Positions 27,024 through 27,351 of a stretch of DNA of 27,351 nt are shown piece after piece. Source of the stretch: a bacterium (GTDB taxonomy: Bacteria > DUMJ01); contig JBMFMV010000020.1 of the NCBI GenBank assembly GCA_049970495.1, positions 1-27,351 of the forward strand, written 5' to 3'. Each line of letters starts with the position of its first letter. Within the stretch, counting starts at the first letter, position 1. Made by a program: the position numbers and the translations under genes. The notes below the pieces were generated by a model. That model saw only the letters and a list, made by a program, of their open reading frames with translations. It made no database searches and was not told the DNA's origin.

Positions 27024-27052
27024 GGAGGGAGAGCTACCTCTCCCTCCTTTTT
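27024..27052. terminator. Strong stem-loop downstream of the solute-binding protein gene (terminator or mRNA-stabilising hairpin)
   Basis: GGAGGGAGAG-ctac-CTCTCCCTCC, a perfect 10-bp stem. The T5 tract (27048-27052) is on the + strand only. Confidence 0.65.
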
Positions 27053-27060
27053 ATATTAAC

Positions 27061-27351
27061 CTATTTTTCAAAGAAGTACTGTTCTGGATGTGTATTGCCA
27101 GGAGAACTAAGAGTAACGTCACTTAGCGCCTTTTCCGGTACATTCCTGAAGTTGTTCTTTACTACTCCTACACCCATAGTTGCCGGAGCTAATCCTACCG
27201 TTCCGATAGTCCATAAATTTTCGCTATTTAGTCGAATTATTTCTTTAGCTAGACTCAGCCTCTTTGCAGCATTAGTAGTTTTTATCGCTTCATCGTAGAG
27301 TTTTATTGCTTTCTTCAGATCTCCTTTAGGTTCTTCCCCACCTTTTCCACC
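27061..27351 (-). CDS. ABC transporter family-5 (OppA/DppA-like, oligosaccharide-type) solute-binding protein, C-terminal fragment
   Basis: Not in the ORF track. Manual translation of the - strand from 27351 gives GGKGGEEPKGDLKK..LAKEIIRLNSENLWTIGTVG..VVKNNFRNVPEK..SPGNTHPEQYFFEK*, a typical C-terminus for this family. Confidence 0.8.
   Translation of the reverse strand, partial: GGKGGEEPKGDLKKAIKLYDEAIKTTNAAKRLSLAKEIIRLNSENLWTIGTVGLAPATMGVGVVKNNFRNVPEKALSDVTLSSPGNTHPEQYFFEK

Noticed and set aside
8841..27063. Frequent TAG stops (9 of 26 genes by my count) as a sign of amber recoding or readthrough fusions such as hydD-hydB or hydB-rnfD
   Set aside because: At the + strand junctions checked, the downstream gene is out of frame or a TAA follows within a few codons (9700-9708). 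The proteins are full length at TAG.
20293..27298. Short + strand ORFs at 20293, 21721, 21970, 23840 and 27095
   Set aside because: They are antisense to real - strand genes. 27095-27298 is the shadow of the partial solute-binding protein.
1..27351. CRISPR array, tRNA/rRNA genes, prophage or defence genes
   Set aside because: No spaced direct repeats, cloverleaf or rRNA-like sequence were seen. Almost all sequence is accounted for by CDSs and only three gaps exceed 70 bp.

Overview
This is an AT-rich bacterial chromosomal window with no CRISPR array, tRNA/rRNA gene or transposase that I can see. Gene content and AGA/ATA-heavy codon usage suggest an anaerobic, probably thermophilic, sugar-fermenting bacterium (inference). 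Bases 1-19461 form one tightly packed + strand run: tig(partial)-clpP-clpX-lon-valS-folC, then a hydrogenase-associated regulatory cassette (DRTGG, CBS-fused Ser/Thr kinase, divergent sensory-type [FeFe]-hydrogenase, DRTGG, PHP), then hydC, a GHKL ATPase, hydD and hydB. Where the catalytic hydA is expected there are only the three integral membrane Rnf genes rnfD-rnfE-rnfA (no rnfC, rnfG or rnfB), followed by an atypical TRAP (mtrB) and glmS. Bases 19653-27351 are a convergent - strand sugar-utilisation cluster: partial family-5 solute-binding protein, TIM-barrel epimerase/lyase, tandem alpha/beta-hydrolase, Gfo/Idh/MocA oxidoreductase and a UroD/MtaA-like protein. It ends in a DUF4914-type protein that carries PEP-carboxykinase motifs and has its own predicted promoter covered by a 34-bp palindrome. 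The best candidate for a novel system is the HydCDB + RnfDEA hybrid, a possible membrane-anchored electron-bifurcating, ion-translocating complex. All family assignments come from motif recognition by eye; no database searches were run.
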